In this document: in pieces, positions 27,198-43,760 of the stretch
Position numbering within the stretch: position 1 is the first letter of the stretch
Layout: each line of letters opens with the position of its first letter
Origin: the human T2T-CHM13v2.0 reference genome, Homo sapiens
Assembly (NCBI RefSeq): GCF_009914755.1
Contig: NC_060929.1
Strand: one strand, 5' to 3'
Length of the DNA stretch: 64,000 nt
Position numbers and translations under genes: made by a program
Notes under the pieces: generated by a model
The model's database searches: none
Seen by the model: the letters and a program-made list of their open reading frames with translations, nothing else
Told to the model about the DNA's origin: nothing

Positions 27198-30100
27198 GCT
27201 ACAGCAGCCAACATTTACAGCAGCTGAGAGACAATATTATGGCCCCGTGACACAAATCTGGGCAGGCACCACAGCATTTATGACAATTCACCCCTTGCAT
27301 TGCTCAGATCCACTTGCTTCTCACATTAAATTTGCTCCATCCAGATACAGTTTCTTCTGAATTCTGTTGTCACAATTCCTGGAGCCATAAATAAAAAGAG
27401 GGATAGTGGGACAAACCACAGCCCCCACTTATGCATTTGGTCCCAAGATTGTATAGCTGATCCTCATCATCTCCCTATTCTACCACCCATTCTAGAACCC
27501 TTCATTCTAGGCTGGCCCTTCTGGGTTGCCTGGTAGAATGGCTAGACCCTCACCAAGGAATATGAGGTCCTGAGGGTTACCATGCTCTTATTGGACTGTG
27601 TTTGCTGTTCTTTTTGACTTACAGTTAAACCTGGGTATGAGAATACCAAGAGAGGATGCATCAACCTGAGTGCCAAATATTTACCTGCATCATGATTATT
27701 TTGCAGTAGCCCTCTCATGCCATGAAGATCAGGGCCAGCTACCCCTGTCTGTATGATAACTCTTTTATTTGCCTACAAGTTAACTGGCATAAGGAATCTA
27801 AAGTGACTTGGTAACAGCTGTAGCTTAAAGTTTAGTGGGACTCATTTTCTCCCCTCTAGGACCCAGGATCTCTAGACCTACAGACACTGAAGTTATAGAA
27901 ATGGGAAGCATACAGTGGATTACTGAGGCCACTCCTACTTTCAGCCTTTGATTTTTGGGCCCATATATTCTATCTATTGGAGACACAACCATATAGCGAC
28001 CATTGGTTTAAGGAGAATAGTGCATCCTGGAGGATAACACCCAATGTTACAAGGTATCCTCTCCTTTAAGAGCATGTCATCACTCCATCAGGGTGGAGTA
28101 TGTCATAGGAACAGTGAATCCAGTAGTCATGTTTTCTCTGATAACGTTTCCTATAAAATGGGACCCTTGGTTTGAGGCAGTGGTATGCAGGATCTTATTT
28201 CAGTAGATCACACGTCAGTGAGTCCACAGAGAATGGTGCTGGATGAAGCCCTGCAGACAGTAAGGGCAAACCTGCGTTCAGAAAACAGGTTAATCCTAGT
28301 CGGGTAGATGCCGTCAACTTACCATCAAGTGGCAGGTAGTTCCTATCGAGAAATGACATTGTATCATGGGCACAGTGTCAATCTCTGTTACCGATAGGTT
28401 GGACATTCAGCAGGCCGAATGTCTGCCAGCCTTGGTGAGAAAGGCTTGCATTAGTTTCCTGTTTTTGCTGTAACAAATTACCACATACTTTGTGGCTAAA
28501 AACAATATAAATTTATCAACAGACCATTCTGGAGGTCAGAAATCAGTTTCACTGGTCTAAAATCCAGGGACAGCCAACTTGCATTCCTTCCAGAGGCTCT
28601 AGAGAAGGATCTATTTCCTTTCCTTTATAGCTTCTAGAGGCCTCCTGCATTTCTTGGTTCATGGCCCCTTTCTCCATCTTTAGGCCAGCAGTGTAGCATC
28701 TTCAATTCTCCTCCCTCTCTGTTTATAACCCCTGCTTCCATCATCACTTCTTCCTTGACTTGGACCTTTCTGCCTCCCTTTTGTAAGGGCTCTTGTCATT
28801 ACATCAGGCTTACCCAGATAATCCAGGATAATTTTCCTGTCTCAAGATCCTTAACATAATCAAATCTACAAAGCTCCTTTTGCCATGTAAAATGACCCAC
28901 TTACAGGTTCAAGGGATTAGGATGTGAACATCTTTGGAGGAGTCATTATTCTGTCTACCACAAATCAATGCTGTTGGGCCCAATCATAGCCTCATCCCTC
29001 CCAGGAGCTGTTTTTTGAATGGTTTAGAATTTTCTGCTGCAGATTGCATGGCCTCGCTTCAAAACCCTAAGGGTCTCTGCTGTGATTCTCTTACAGGAGT
29101 TTTCCAGAGTCTCCATTAGCATCCTCAAATACCCAGATACCTCTAGTACCATGGCCTCTGCCAGATATAACCCAAGTGACAGGGCTGCTAATCCTGTACC
29201 CTAAACCTGCTGCAGGGCTGCTCCTTGCTCTGGGACCCACTTAAAACTAACATTCTTAACATCATCTGATACACGGGTCAGAACTCCATCCCTAAGGGAG
29301 ATGATAAGAATCAGCTATATCGTCTTGGGACCAACTGCATCCCAAGTGGAAATAAGCTGCCTCAAACCCTGAAGGGTCTGACCAAGCTTCATAGTTCTTC
29401 CTTAATGATAGGAAATTTAAGGCACAATAACTTGTTTTCATTTTGGAGGGGATGTCCCAGCATCCCCAAGACCATGGGACCCCTAAAAACATTACCAATG
29501 TAGTAGGTCCCTTAATCTTTGCAAGGGTTATTTCCCATCCCCTGGAGTTCATGTGTTTTACCATGGCATTCACAGTACTTCGTGGTCACCAAGTCCAGTT
29601 AACATGATGCCACCAACTTAGTGGATAGAGGCGATGTTCCCTAGAAAGAACCCTCAAATTAATAGGCTCAGACTGTGCTGTCATGAGGCATGGTGAGGTT
29701 TTCTACAGAGAGAAAAGCCTGGCTCCAAAAGATCATCTGAGGACACGGAGTTATGCTATGTCTCAGGTACTCAACCGCTCAGTGATTAAAAAGTATATTA
29801 TGAAAACATAGTGTGCTGTGGACATGTGAGGTCTACTGGAGATGGAGAAGCTGGGTTCCAAAAAGTCATCTGAGGACATGGAGTTTGGCTATACCCCAGG
29901 TACACATCTGCTGAGTAATAATATTATACAATGAGAACATAGAGTGCTTTTTTCATTGTTAGATAAAAGCCCATAATGTTGTGGCATAATTTGTAATAGT
30001 ACACATGTACTTTCCTGTTGATAAAACTTAGCCTGGGCTTTTAAAGGTTTCCTCCCCATCTCTTCCCCGAAAACCTCTGCTAGTGACACGTAAAGATAGT

Positions 30101-32986
30101 TGATTTGTTTCTGGGAAGATAAAATTAGCAATTCTTACTGGGAACCTGTAATATCTCTAGAATCCTGATCCTCTTAAAACTTCTTGCATCTTTTTCTGTA
30201 ATAATTTTTATTATAATTACAATTAGTAGAGATCTTTGGAATTGTCTTAAACTCTCATAACACACATACCTGTGGCTGTATTAATCAGTTACAGTAAAGG
30301 TACCACATTCAGCAAAGCAGCTACTATTGGAGCTTCTTGGGTAAGCTTGTGGCAGTCAGCTCACTGCATCTGCCATGGTTTGTGCAGTTTGTGAAGAACC
30401 CAAACTGGTGAATTAAATAGGGATATGATAAGAATCAACATCCATGAATTTCTTCCATTATCCTTGATATGTAATGTTTTTGATTAACTATCTTGATGAG
30501 GCTGGAAGGTTTGAGAAACTACCACTAGGCCTTTTCTACTACAATAGCTCTTCCTCTATAGGTCAACAAATCAATGTGAGAGTACTGCCAATTGCTAAGT
30601 ATATCCATTTCAGTTATATATTTCATAGCAGAAGAAATAATTACTAGGTGGGTCCATGGATGCCACTGACACACTGTGAGGCCAATCTTGGTCAGGACTC
30701 CACTTGTTCTTCCTCTAACAGATGTTGGGCCCCTGAATATTAGTGTCGGCTTAGAACCTTTATCCAAAGCACTTGAAAGAGTAGAGTATCCCCCTTTTCC
30801 CATCATTTGGTGTCCTGAATAAATGGCCATAGGGCCATTTGGGGAAGGACTAGGGGAATCATTACTGCACAAACTTTGCAAGAGGAAAGTTTGCAGAGAC
30901 CATCTTAATGGACATGTATCCCCCCAGTCAGTAGATGAGGAGAGAAAACCGGCTCATATCTGGAAACTGGATAAGAGATTGTGATGTCAGCCTTCTGCTC
31001 ATCATTTTTGCTCCCTTCAAATTATATTTTAAGTAAACCTTTGCCATTTATCTTACTTATAGGAATACATGATGACCATTATCAGCCATCTCCAAAGATC
31101 CCTGCAGGTTTACCTCTCTTCCTTCTATTCTGATCCTGCTGCCCATTACAGCAATTATGCCCACCTTGCTTCTGATGATTAGATGATTCCCCCTGGCTTT
31201 TGTTAATCCAGGATCCTACCATCTCCATTGCTAGTAGGATCCCAGTTCAATAACGGCTTCTTCTACTATCAGCCCTGTCCTACACAGGATGGACACCACA
31301 AAACTCGTTATTAATACTGCTACTCCCTCACTAGGACATTCCTTATTGTCTTGGAAAATAAAGTGTCCTCTGCATCCTCCCAAGGAACAGAGTCAGCTGG
31401 TGGGTTTTCCAGTCTCATAGTAGATCTATGCCAGTATGTTTACTTCTCTGAGTCTTCTAATCCCTTCCTCTATATTCTGCATGGTCATTCTTGTATCACA
31501 GCTTTATTTAATGTGGCCCATCATTTTTTTCAAGCTTCCAAGTGCCCTAACTGCTGTTTAAACCATCTTCCAGGACCCTTACGAAAGTGTGAAATCTTAT
31601 GTCACAGAAGAGTGTTTCTTATTCAGTTTTATATTTTGTCACCCCTTGATCCAGCACCCTTAGGATCCACGTTCTTCTGGTTTCTGCTGGTACACATAAG
31701 TCAGCTCCTTTGGTGTATAATTCATCACCTCCTTTCATAAGCCTAGCATATGTCCATTGTAGATCTCACCTTAGTTACTGGTCTGGCAGCCAGAAAAGGA
31801 AACACAGGCAGATCCTGTTTCCTTCCTATGAGGAAGACCTGCATTGTCTTGTAAGGCCCCAGTGTCATTTGAGGTGTCTGCATTGTCTTCAAAATGGAGG
31901 GTGGTGGCTCTATTTTCCACAAGGTGGAATGAGCCATTTCTGCAGGCTCGGAGGGTTCTGGAGAATCTGGGCAATTTAACGGACTCAAGGGAAAATATTT
32001 AGAAGTTCCCTTTCCAGAGCTCCATCTCTATGGGGACCCTAACTCTAGTATTGCGAATTCAGACTGCTTTGAAATTCTGCCCCTCTTAAAACTAAATCTA
32101 GTGTGTCTAGTCTTCAGGTATGTCTGCCCTCCAGCTACAGAAGATGAGGGTCTCTTTATGTTCTTCCCAAAAGGCCCACTCACTCTCACAGTTTGCTTTA
32201 GATTGTTGACTGATTGCCCAGAGCCTATTTTCCCTCATCAGTGACCATCCCCTTCCACAGCCCTCCTAATTGTTAGTCCTCCTATGCTAGAGCCAGTGCA
32301 TCCCCTCCTACCTATATCCTGTCCAAATTGCAACAGGATAGGTGAATGCCTTAGAAATTACACTGCTAGAACATGCCAAAGCTCAGCATTGGGATTATTC
32401 CCCAGACAGATGGCAGTGAGGTTCCTAGCCTGCTATTAGGTCCCTGCTATCAGGCTAGGAACCTCACTGCCATCTGTCTGGTGAGTAATCCTATCCTTAG
32501 AAGCAGCCTCCTAGGACCATTCTGGTACCCAATGTCTTAGGCTTGGTTTCATAGAAGCAGATCCTAAGATAAGGATTTGTATGCATGTATTAGTATATTT
32601 TTGAAGGAATACTCTTCTCCTTGCTCAGCTCTTTCCTCTTTTCCTATCTTAGAGGAAAGAGCTGAGCAAGGACATTGTCTCAGGTAAAATCTAGGCTTAG
32701 CCTGATCCACTGTTAGGGGTGGAAGGAACAGGGTCTGGGGCATAAACTTCATTGTCTAATTGCACCCCTTTGAGGCAAAGAAGCCAGCTTTTGACCCTCA
32801 TGCTTGTGGGGCATTGGCTGTGGACCATCTGGCAAGGGAGCTGTGCAGAATAACCTCTTGAGGAAAGATGGCATATCAGCAGAGGGCAGTTCTCAGGAGA
32901 GGGGCGGTGGGCTGTGAAGTGGCATCTGGAAGGTGCACTAGCGCAGGAGGGGGGATCTGGGCAAGACACCAACTGCATCTTCTACA
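27198..32986 (-). mobile_element. Decayed ERVL provirus (LTR16-type LTRs, ERV3-16A3-like internal region)
   Basis: 5' LTR at 32533-32986, followed on the - strand by PBS-like ttgggtaccagaatgg. Protease/RT remnants appear in ORF 30525..30881 (LDKGSKPTLI...DILSNWQ...RAIVVEKA) and ORF 29292..29573 (RGWEI...KGPTT..FLGVPW...DIPSKMK). A PPT (caaggggtgaat) abuts a 3' LTR remnant ending at 27285. Confidence 0.8.
28447..28962 (-). mobile_element. MLT1C/D solo LTR nested in the ERVL
   Basis: tgcattagtttcct...gctgtaacaaattaccaca...cattattctgtctaccaca. Confidence 0.85.
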
Positions 32987-33009
32987 ATAGCTTTTAATTG
33001 AGGTCTTAT

Positions 33010-33255
33010 ATAATTATCTTATCTAAAATAGGAGGCCGAGCATTCCAGCGCCCTTCCTTGATTTATTTTCCTCCAGAGAGCTTATCCGCTTCTTACATAT
33101 GACAGAATTTGTTTATAATCATGTCTCCCCCTACTAAAATATAAGTTCCATGAGGACAGGGTTTATTGTCTGTTTTTAATCACTGCTAGATCCCCAGTGC
33201 CCAGAAGACTGCCTGGCACACAGTCATCTCTGAAGAAACATTTTGAGTGAATATG
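33010..33255 (+). mobile_element. L2 3' end
   Basis: 'ataagttccatgaggacaggg...tccccagtgcccagaagactgcctggcacacagt'. Confidence 0.8.
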
Positions 33256-33754
33256 TTGTTGATATTACTGTCTGATCGTCTGACATGTCAAACATATAGA
33301 TCTCTTTTGAATCAACAAAACCATCATTCTCTACTCTGGGCTTTCATCAGAGTATTTTGCTCTCAAATTAGCAACTACCATTTTCCTATCAAAAGTGAGG
33401 TTGAGAATGCCCAAGAGACTAACTATGCTTTCTTCTTAGTTTCTAAATTCTGTCTTCATCACTATATATTGGCAGAAAATAATCCAAGATCCATAAATTA
33501 AAATAGATGCCAGAAAATACCACTATTGAGTTATAAGTTTACAGTGCTCGGCCTCAGCTGTTACCCTTTGACTCTGCAAGATAAACTTTCCTATGAAGAA
33601 ATTCTTCCACAAAACTCCACATGGTGAAAGTCTATATTATTTTTAATGCAGGAAACTGTAACATGGTGGAGAGTGCTCTCAGTTTGGCTTCATAGATATG
33701 AGGTATTATTCTAGCTTACACATAACTGCAGAAGTCAACTTATCTCTCATTCTA

Positions 33755-33798
33755 TGTGATCCTGGGTCACTATGCCTGTGATCTTGGGTCACTATGCC
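33755..33798. repeat. 22-bp tandem duplication (tgtgatcYtgggtcactatgcc x2)
   Basis: Read directly; 1 mismatch. Confidence 0.9.
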
Positions 33799-33953
33799 TT
33801 TAAACTTCCTGTTTAAAGTGAAATAATATGCTTAAGGAAAAGCTATCACAAACCCATCTACTGCACTAGGTATCTAAGAAGGAAGAGAGAAAAAGAAGAA
33901 ACTACATCACGTAGAAAATTTTCCCATGGAGAATTTGTTTCCATTCAATTTTC

Positions 33954-34257
33954 TTTTTTTTGAGGTAGGGTCTCACTCTGTTGCCTAAGTTGAAATGCAG
34001 TGGTGTGATGACAGCTCACTATAACCTCTACGTCCCCAGGCTCAAGTGATCCTCCTACCTCAGTCTCCTGAGTTGCTGGGACTATGGGCACATGCCACCA
34101 TGCCAGGTAATTTTTTTTTTGCTGTTTTTTTTTTTTTTGTAAAGAAGGGGTTTTGCCATGTTGCCCAGGCTGGTCTTGAACTCCTGGGCTCAAGAGATCT
34201 GCCTGCCTTGACCTCCCAAAGTGCTGGGACTATAGGTGTGAGCCACTGCACCTGGCT
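33954..34257 (-). mobile_element. AluJ
   Basis: Full dimer in reverse with J-type diagnostics (gagcccaggagttc). Confidence 0.9.
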
Positions 34258-35345
34258 GCATTCAGTTCTTTTTTTTTTTTTTTTTTTTAAGAAATCCCCT
34301 TAACTCTCCTACTAAAATTCCATCTCTTAACGCAGTACACTGTCTATCTCTAGGGATTCCATTCTGTCACTTATCTATATCAGAACCCATCCTCCATATA
34401 GGTGAAGAGAGGAGTACTCACCCCAAGTGAGAGAGGTGAAGTGTGGGGCCAGCATTCACATTGCCCCCAAATGTTCAGAAACCTGACTGTGGCACCTGAT
34501 CCAGGCTTGCCTCTTCCACCTCCTTCAGCAACCCACTCTACTTAAAAATAACCCTCTTCCCATCCCCAATTCAGAAATCAACTTCTTTTGTGTTTTCTTT
34601 TCTCAGATTTAGAAAAGATTTCTACAAATTCATTAGAACATTGGTATCATTGCACATTTCTTTCAAATTTTGATCAAGATGAAATTTTTATTTTTGCTAC
34701 ATATTGCTATGGTGAGTCTCTCACTGAGCTGAGCCAATTGTATGACTTGTTACAGAGCAAGATATCATCTTCTATTGAGAGATAAAAGGCTTAGAAAACA
34801 TCAAACTGATGCAAAAGAAAGATTATGCACTTACTGGACATATAGTAGCTTTGCTTCATGAGTATATAGGAGAGAGTGGTCATGGCACTGAATAGTTCTT
34901 CTAAAAATTGGCACAATGTTAAAGGACAGCTGGGTGGATAGTTTAAAACCTATTATGCCACAAAATTCTAATGTCAGAACCTATTCTGTGCTCCTCATAC
35001 ATTTACCCAAAGATGAAGCCATAAGTTAAATGACAATCAGCTTTAACCAGCTTATTCTTAACTAGGAACAAACAAACAAGGATCACTAGATATTTGAGGA
35101 GAGTCTACAACTTGAAAGAGAAAGACTATCAAAAAAGCAAATCAGAAACACTGACACTGGAGAAAATATAGTTCTAATTATACTCTAGTACATTTGGAAA
35201 GATATTGCATCCTCAACAAACAAGATAGAGTATTCTTAGAAAAACAACAACAGAATAAAAAAAAAGAGCTAATGAAAATTCAAAACAATCACCAAGATAT
35301 TCAAAAGGATTGTTGAACAAAACACTAGTGAGTAAAATACAACCA

Positions 35346-35379
35346 GATAGATAGATAGATAGATGATAGATAGATAGAT

Positions 35380-35428
<49 letters not shown>

Positions 35429-35442
35429 GTAGACAGACAGAC
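35346..35442. repeat. (GATA)n/(GACA)n compound tetranucleotide STR
   Basis: Read directly; two GAT interruptions. Confidence 0.97.
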
Positions 35443-35459
35443 GACAATACAGCCAGACC

Positions 35460-38400
35460 AACAGGAGGATTATGCCAGGAATGCACGACTGGTTCAACTT
35501 TCAAGAATCAATGTCATTCCCTATATCAAGAAACCAAGGAGAAAATCATCTGATAATCTCAATAGGTGGGGGGAAGCATGTGATAAAATTCAATATCCAT
35601 TCACGATTTTTTTTAATGAACAAGCTAGGAATTAAATTTGAATTCCCAGCAACTAGGAGTTAAAGGAAACTTCCAAAAAAGTATAAGGTGCATCTACAAA
35701 AAGCCTATAGGTAATATAACACTTGATGGTGAAAGACTGAATACTTTCTCTCTAAGAAGAGGAACAGGTAGCTATGTCCACTTTTACCATTCCTATTAAA
35801 ATTTTACTGGAGCTATCATATAAGATAGAAAATAGCACAGCTGGCTAGGATGTAAAGAAATTGAAGCTCTAGTGTACTGCAGGTAGGAAAGCAAAATAAT
35901 GTAGCTGCTTCAGAAAACAGTTTGGCAGTTCCTCAAAAGATAAACATAGAGTTGCCGTATGACTCAGCAAATTCCCCCTAGGAATATACCCAAGATAAAT
36001 GAAAACATATGTCCATACAAAACTCTGTGCACAACCATTTGTAGCAGTATTATTTACAATAGCCAAAAATTAGAAAAAAACAAATGTCAAGAAACTGATG
36101 AATGGAGAAATAACATGTGGTATACCTATACAACAAAATAATAATGGCAATAAAAAGGATTGAAGTGTTGATATATGCTGCAACATAAATAAACCCAAAA
36201 ATATTATGCTAAGTGAAAGAACTCAGCCACATATTATATTATTCAAATTATGTGAAATATCCAGAATAAGCAAATTGTAGAGACAGAAGGTAGATTGCTA
36301 GTTGCCTAGTATAGGGGGTAGGGAGGTTGCAGGGGAAATGGGAATTGAAGGTTAGTGAGTATAAGGTTTCTTTAAGAGTGATGAAAATGTTATAAAATGG
36401 ATTATGGTGATGGTTGCACAACTCTGTGAATATACTAAAAACCACTGAATTGATAAATCATATAGTATGTGAATTCTCTCAATAAAGCTATTACATATAC
36501 TTTTTAATGTATTGGTGCTCCTAGCTAGTGAAATAAAGCAAGAAAGGAAATTACAAGCAAACAGGTTGAAAAGGAAGAATTAAACTTCTCTACTTACAAA
36601 TGATATAATTGTCTATGTGAAAGATCCCAAAGAATTTACAAAAAGGTACTACCTCTAATAAGTAAATTTAGCAAGGTCATAGGATACAAGGTCAATGTTT
36701 TTTAAATCAAGTATACGTCTACATACTAGAAATGAACAATTAGAAACTGAAATTTTAAAAAGTATCATTTGAAACAGCACCAAAAATTGAAATACTTAGA
36801 TAAAATTCAACAAAATATGCATTAAGATCTATATCCTGAAAACTATAAAAACTGATCAAATTAATCAAAGATAAATTAAAGATAATTCATCATGATCAAG
36901 CTGGATTTATCTCAGGGATGCAAGGATGGTTCAATATATGCAAGTCAATCAATGTGATTATATCATATCATCAACAGAATTGAAATGATCAGCCATATGA
37001 TTATTTCAATTGATACTGAGAAAGCATTCAATACAATTCAACAATGTGCCATGATAAAAAAGTAAAGACAAAATAAAAAACCTGGGTATACAAGGAACAT
37101 ACCTCAACACAATAAAAGCAGACCCACAGGGTCTGCAACACAATATAATAGACCCACAGTTAGTACCTTACTAAATGAGGAAAAACTGAAAGTCCTTCTA
37201 AGATATGGAACACAACAAGGATGCCCACTTTCGTAACTGTCATCCATGTAGTACTGGAAGTACTAGCTAAAACAGTCAGACAAGAGAAAGAAATAAAGGG
37301 CAACCAATTAAAACAGAAAAAGTCAAATTCTTCTTGTTTGCAGATGATATAATCTTGTATTTGGAAAAACCTAAAGACTCCACCAAAAAACTATTAGAAT
37401 TGATAAACAAATTCAGTAAAGTTGCAGGATACAATATTAACATACAAAAATCAGTAGCATTTCTATATACCAACAGCAAACAATCTGAAAAAGAAATCAA
37501 GAATGTAATCCCATTTACAACAGCTACAAATAAAATAAAATACCTAGGAATAAACTTAGCCAAAGAAGTGAAAGATCTCTACAACGAAAACTATAAAACA
37601 TTAATGAAAGAAATTGAAGAGGACACACACAAAAATGGAAAGATATTCCATGTTTATGGATCAGAAGAATCAATATTGTTAAAATGTCTATATTACCCAA
37701 AGCATCCAAAATCCTAGCAGGATGTTTTGTAGAAATTGACAAACCTAATTCCAAATTCATATGGAAAAGAAAAGAAACTGGAATAGCCAAAACTATTTGA
37801 AAAAGAACAAAATTGGAGAACCGTATTACCGGAATCAAGACATAATATACAGCTACTACAATAATAAAAACAGGGTAATATTGGCAAAAGGATAGTCACA
37901 CAGATCAATGCAACAGAATAGAGAATCCAGTCATAGACACACACATACATGGCATTAAGTGATTTTCTACCAAGGTGCCAAGGCAACTTAATGGAAAGTT
38001 TGGTTTTTTCAACAACTGGTGCTGGAACAATTGGTCATCCATATGCAAAAAATGAATCTTGACCAATACCTTGCATCACACTAAAAAATTAACTCAAAAC
38101 TTGCAACACAAATGTAAAATCTAAAGCTACAAAAACTTCTAAGAAAAAAATATAGAAAGATATTTATAATGAATTAGACAAAGATTTCTTAGATACACAC
38201 AAAAAACACAAATCAAAAAAGAAACATTGATACAATGGATTAAGCTGGGTGTGGTGGCTCATGCCTGTAATACCAACACTTTGGGAGGCCGAGGCAGATG
38301 GATCACTTGAGGTCAGGAGTTCAAGACCAGCCCGGCCAACATGGTGAAGCCCCATCTTTACTAAAAATACAAAAAATTAGCCAGGCATGGTGGCACATAC

Positions 38401-38830
38401 CTGTAATCCCAGCTACTCAGGAGGCTGAGGCAAGAGAACTACTTGAGCCCAGGAGGTGGAGGTTGCAGTAAGCTGAGATCATGCCACTGCACTCCAGCCT
38501 GGGCAACAGAGTGAGACCCTGAAAAAAAAAAAAAAGAGAAAGATACAATGGATTAAACACTTCTTTTTAAAGGTATTAACTTTAAAAAAGTAAAAGTTAG
38601 CCACAGACTGGGAGAAAATGTTTGTAAAATACATACCTGATGAAACATTGATATCCAGAATATATAAAAAGTGCTTGAATCTCAATAAAAAGAAAACAAA
38701 CAAACTGATAAAAATTATAGGCAAAAGATTGAAAAACTATTTCAGCAAAGAGGATCTACAGATGCCTAATGAGCATATTAAGGAAATGCAAACTAAAACC
38801 ACAATGAAATAATTATATACACCTATCAGG
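35460..38830 (+). mobile_element. Composite L1 block: old L1M ORF2, an L1MB 3' end (~35840-36490) and a younger L1 ORF2/RT piece (~36880-37705)
   Basis: ORF 37334..37717 is L1 ORF2 RT (FADDIILYLEKPKDS...KFSKVAGYNINIQKS...IKYLGINL); L1MB 3'UTR 'ggtgatggttgcacaactctgtgaatatactaaaaaccactgaattg'. Confidence 0.88.
38244..38541 (+). mobile_element. AluS
   Basis: Full dimer; TSD gatacaatggattaa at 38229-38243 and 38542-38556. Confidence 0.95.
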
Positions 38831-39159
38831 ATGAAGGGGTGGGAATAGCCCTCAGAAATGACTCCCTAAAGAAGGCTGCATTCTATAGTACAGAGCATTA
38901 GACTCTAAGTCAAAAGTTCTGGGTTTCACCTCCAGCTACACCCATCGTGTAGCACGGAGTCACGGACCCCTGTCCATAGTTTCTTTATCAGCCCTGCAGA
39001 GATAATAACATTCGTCCTACTGATCTTCCAAGCTATTATGAAACCTCCATAAGTAGTAAAATTCTATACAAACTTAAAGAACCACAGATAAGAGAACTTC
39101 ATGAACTGTTTGGAAAAGTATTACCATTCTAAAGGATATTTGGATAGCTTCACCACATA

Positions 39160-39506
39160 CAGTCATCCCTTGGCATCCACCAGGGATTGGTTCCCTGCGC
39201 CACCACCAACCCCCACCACCCCCACAGATACTAAGCCTGCAGATGCTTAAGTCCCTTACATAAAATGCTGTAGTATAGTATTTGCAAATAACCTGTGCAA
39301 TCTTCCCATATATTTTAAATCAACCCTAGATTACTTATAATACCTAACACAATGTAAATGTTATGTAAATAGTTGTTATACTATATTGTTTTATCTGTTA
39401 TTTTTATTATTGTATTTGTATTTTTTATTGTTTCCTTCTGAATATTTTTAAGCCACAGTTGGTTGACTTCATGGATGTGGAACCCTCAGATACCATGGGT
39501 CAACTA
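39160..39506. mobile_element. MER2 (Tigger-derived)
   Basis: TA-cagtcatccct...gggtcaacta-TA ends, ~345 bp, MER2-like body. Confidence 0.85.
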
Positions 39507-39681
39507 TACTTTGTGCATATGATCCATGACTGAGAGATGCCTGCTTTCGAGCAGCTCACCATGCAAGGGGCAGACAAACTCTAAAAAGAATAATGTGTTC
39601 CTAACAATAAGCAGCCGTTTAAATACTTAGTCAACCTGTCTACTGGGGGGAAACAAGCTACTTTCCAACTCCAGGCATGAG

Positions 39682-40129
39682 TGTTAGATATTCTTCTGCT
39701 CCACCAGCTCTATCTCTAATCTTCTCCAACTTGCTCTGTGCCCCAGGAGGATTAGCCATGTGAATTCCATCAGTGGGCTCCCTTGCCCTTTGGCTTCCAA
39801 ATGTGTCTGTCAAAGGGGAGCCTGACAGGAGGGAGGAGGGAGGAGAAAGACAATGAAATCAGGACATGTGTCACACTGACTGTCTCCCTGCAGGGTCACA
39901 GTGGGCTGACTACATGCAGTGATCGAATGTCTCGACTCTTGGCAGATGGTCCTCCCCATGCAACCCTCTCTCTAGGTTCTGCTCCCTAAGAGTTGTAAAG
40001 GCATCCCATTGTTAATATTCTTGGAGGGCCACACTATCTCTTGTGGTTTCCTTATATCCTGTCCACACTTTTTACATTTTTTTTAAATTAAACTCTCTTC
40101 ACACCACTTGTCTGTTTCCTACAGATACA
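39682..40129 (+). mobile_element. LTR33-type ERVL solo LTR
   Basis: 'tgctctgtgccccaggga...gggctcccttgccctttggcttcc...attaaactctcttca'. Confidence 0.75.
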
Positions 40130-40189
40130 CAGCCACCTTGTGTCTTATATCCTAGGGTGGATACCAAGGCTCTCATGCTAAAGGCAGCA

Positions 40190-42560
<2,371 letters not shown>

Positions 42561-42739
42561 GACTCCTGACTGAAGTTACAAAGTGGAGGCGGCTGCCTTT
42601 GGAAATTTCCTACCTCCCGCCTGCTTCCTCAAACTACTCCAGGCTGACCTAACCCTATCAGTATGATCTAAAAAGAGGAGCTAGTAAACCTAAATGGAAT
42701 TCTAATTGGTAGAAGAGTTGAAGGAAAGGAAAGGAGATT

Positions 42740-43760
<1,021 letters not shown>

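Noticed and set aside
29292-30881. Domesticated retroviral protease or RT gene
   Set aside because: Catalytic motifs are destroyed, the frames contain stops and shifts, and an insert interrupts the region.
37334-37717. Reverse-transcriptase ORF as a functional or novel RT system
   Set aside because: A 127-aa fragment of LINE-1 ORF2 that frameshifts at its end and is surrounded by decayed L1.
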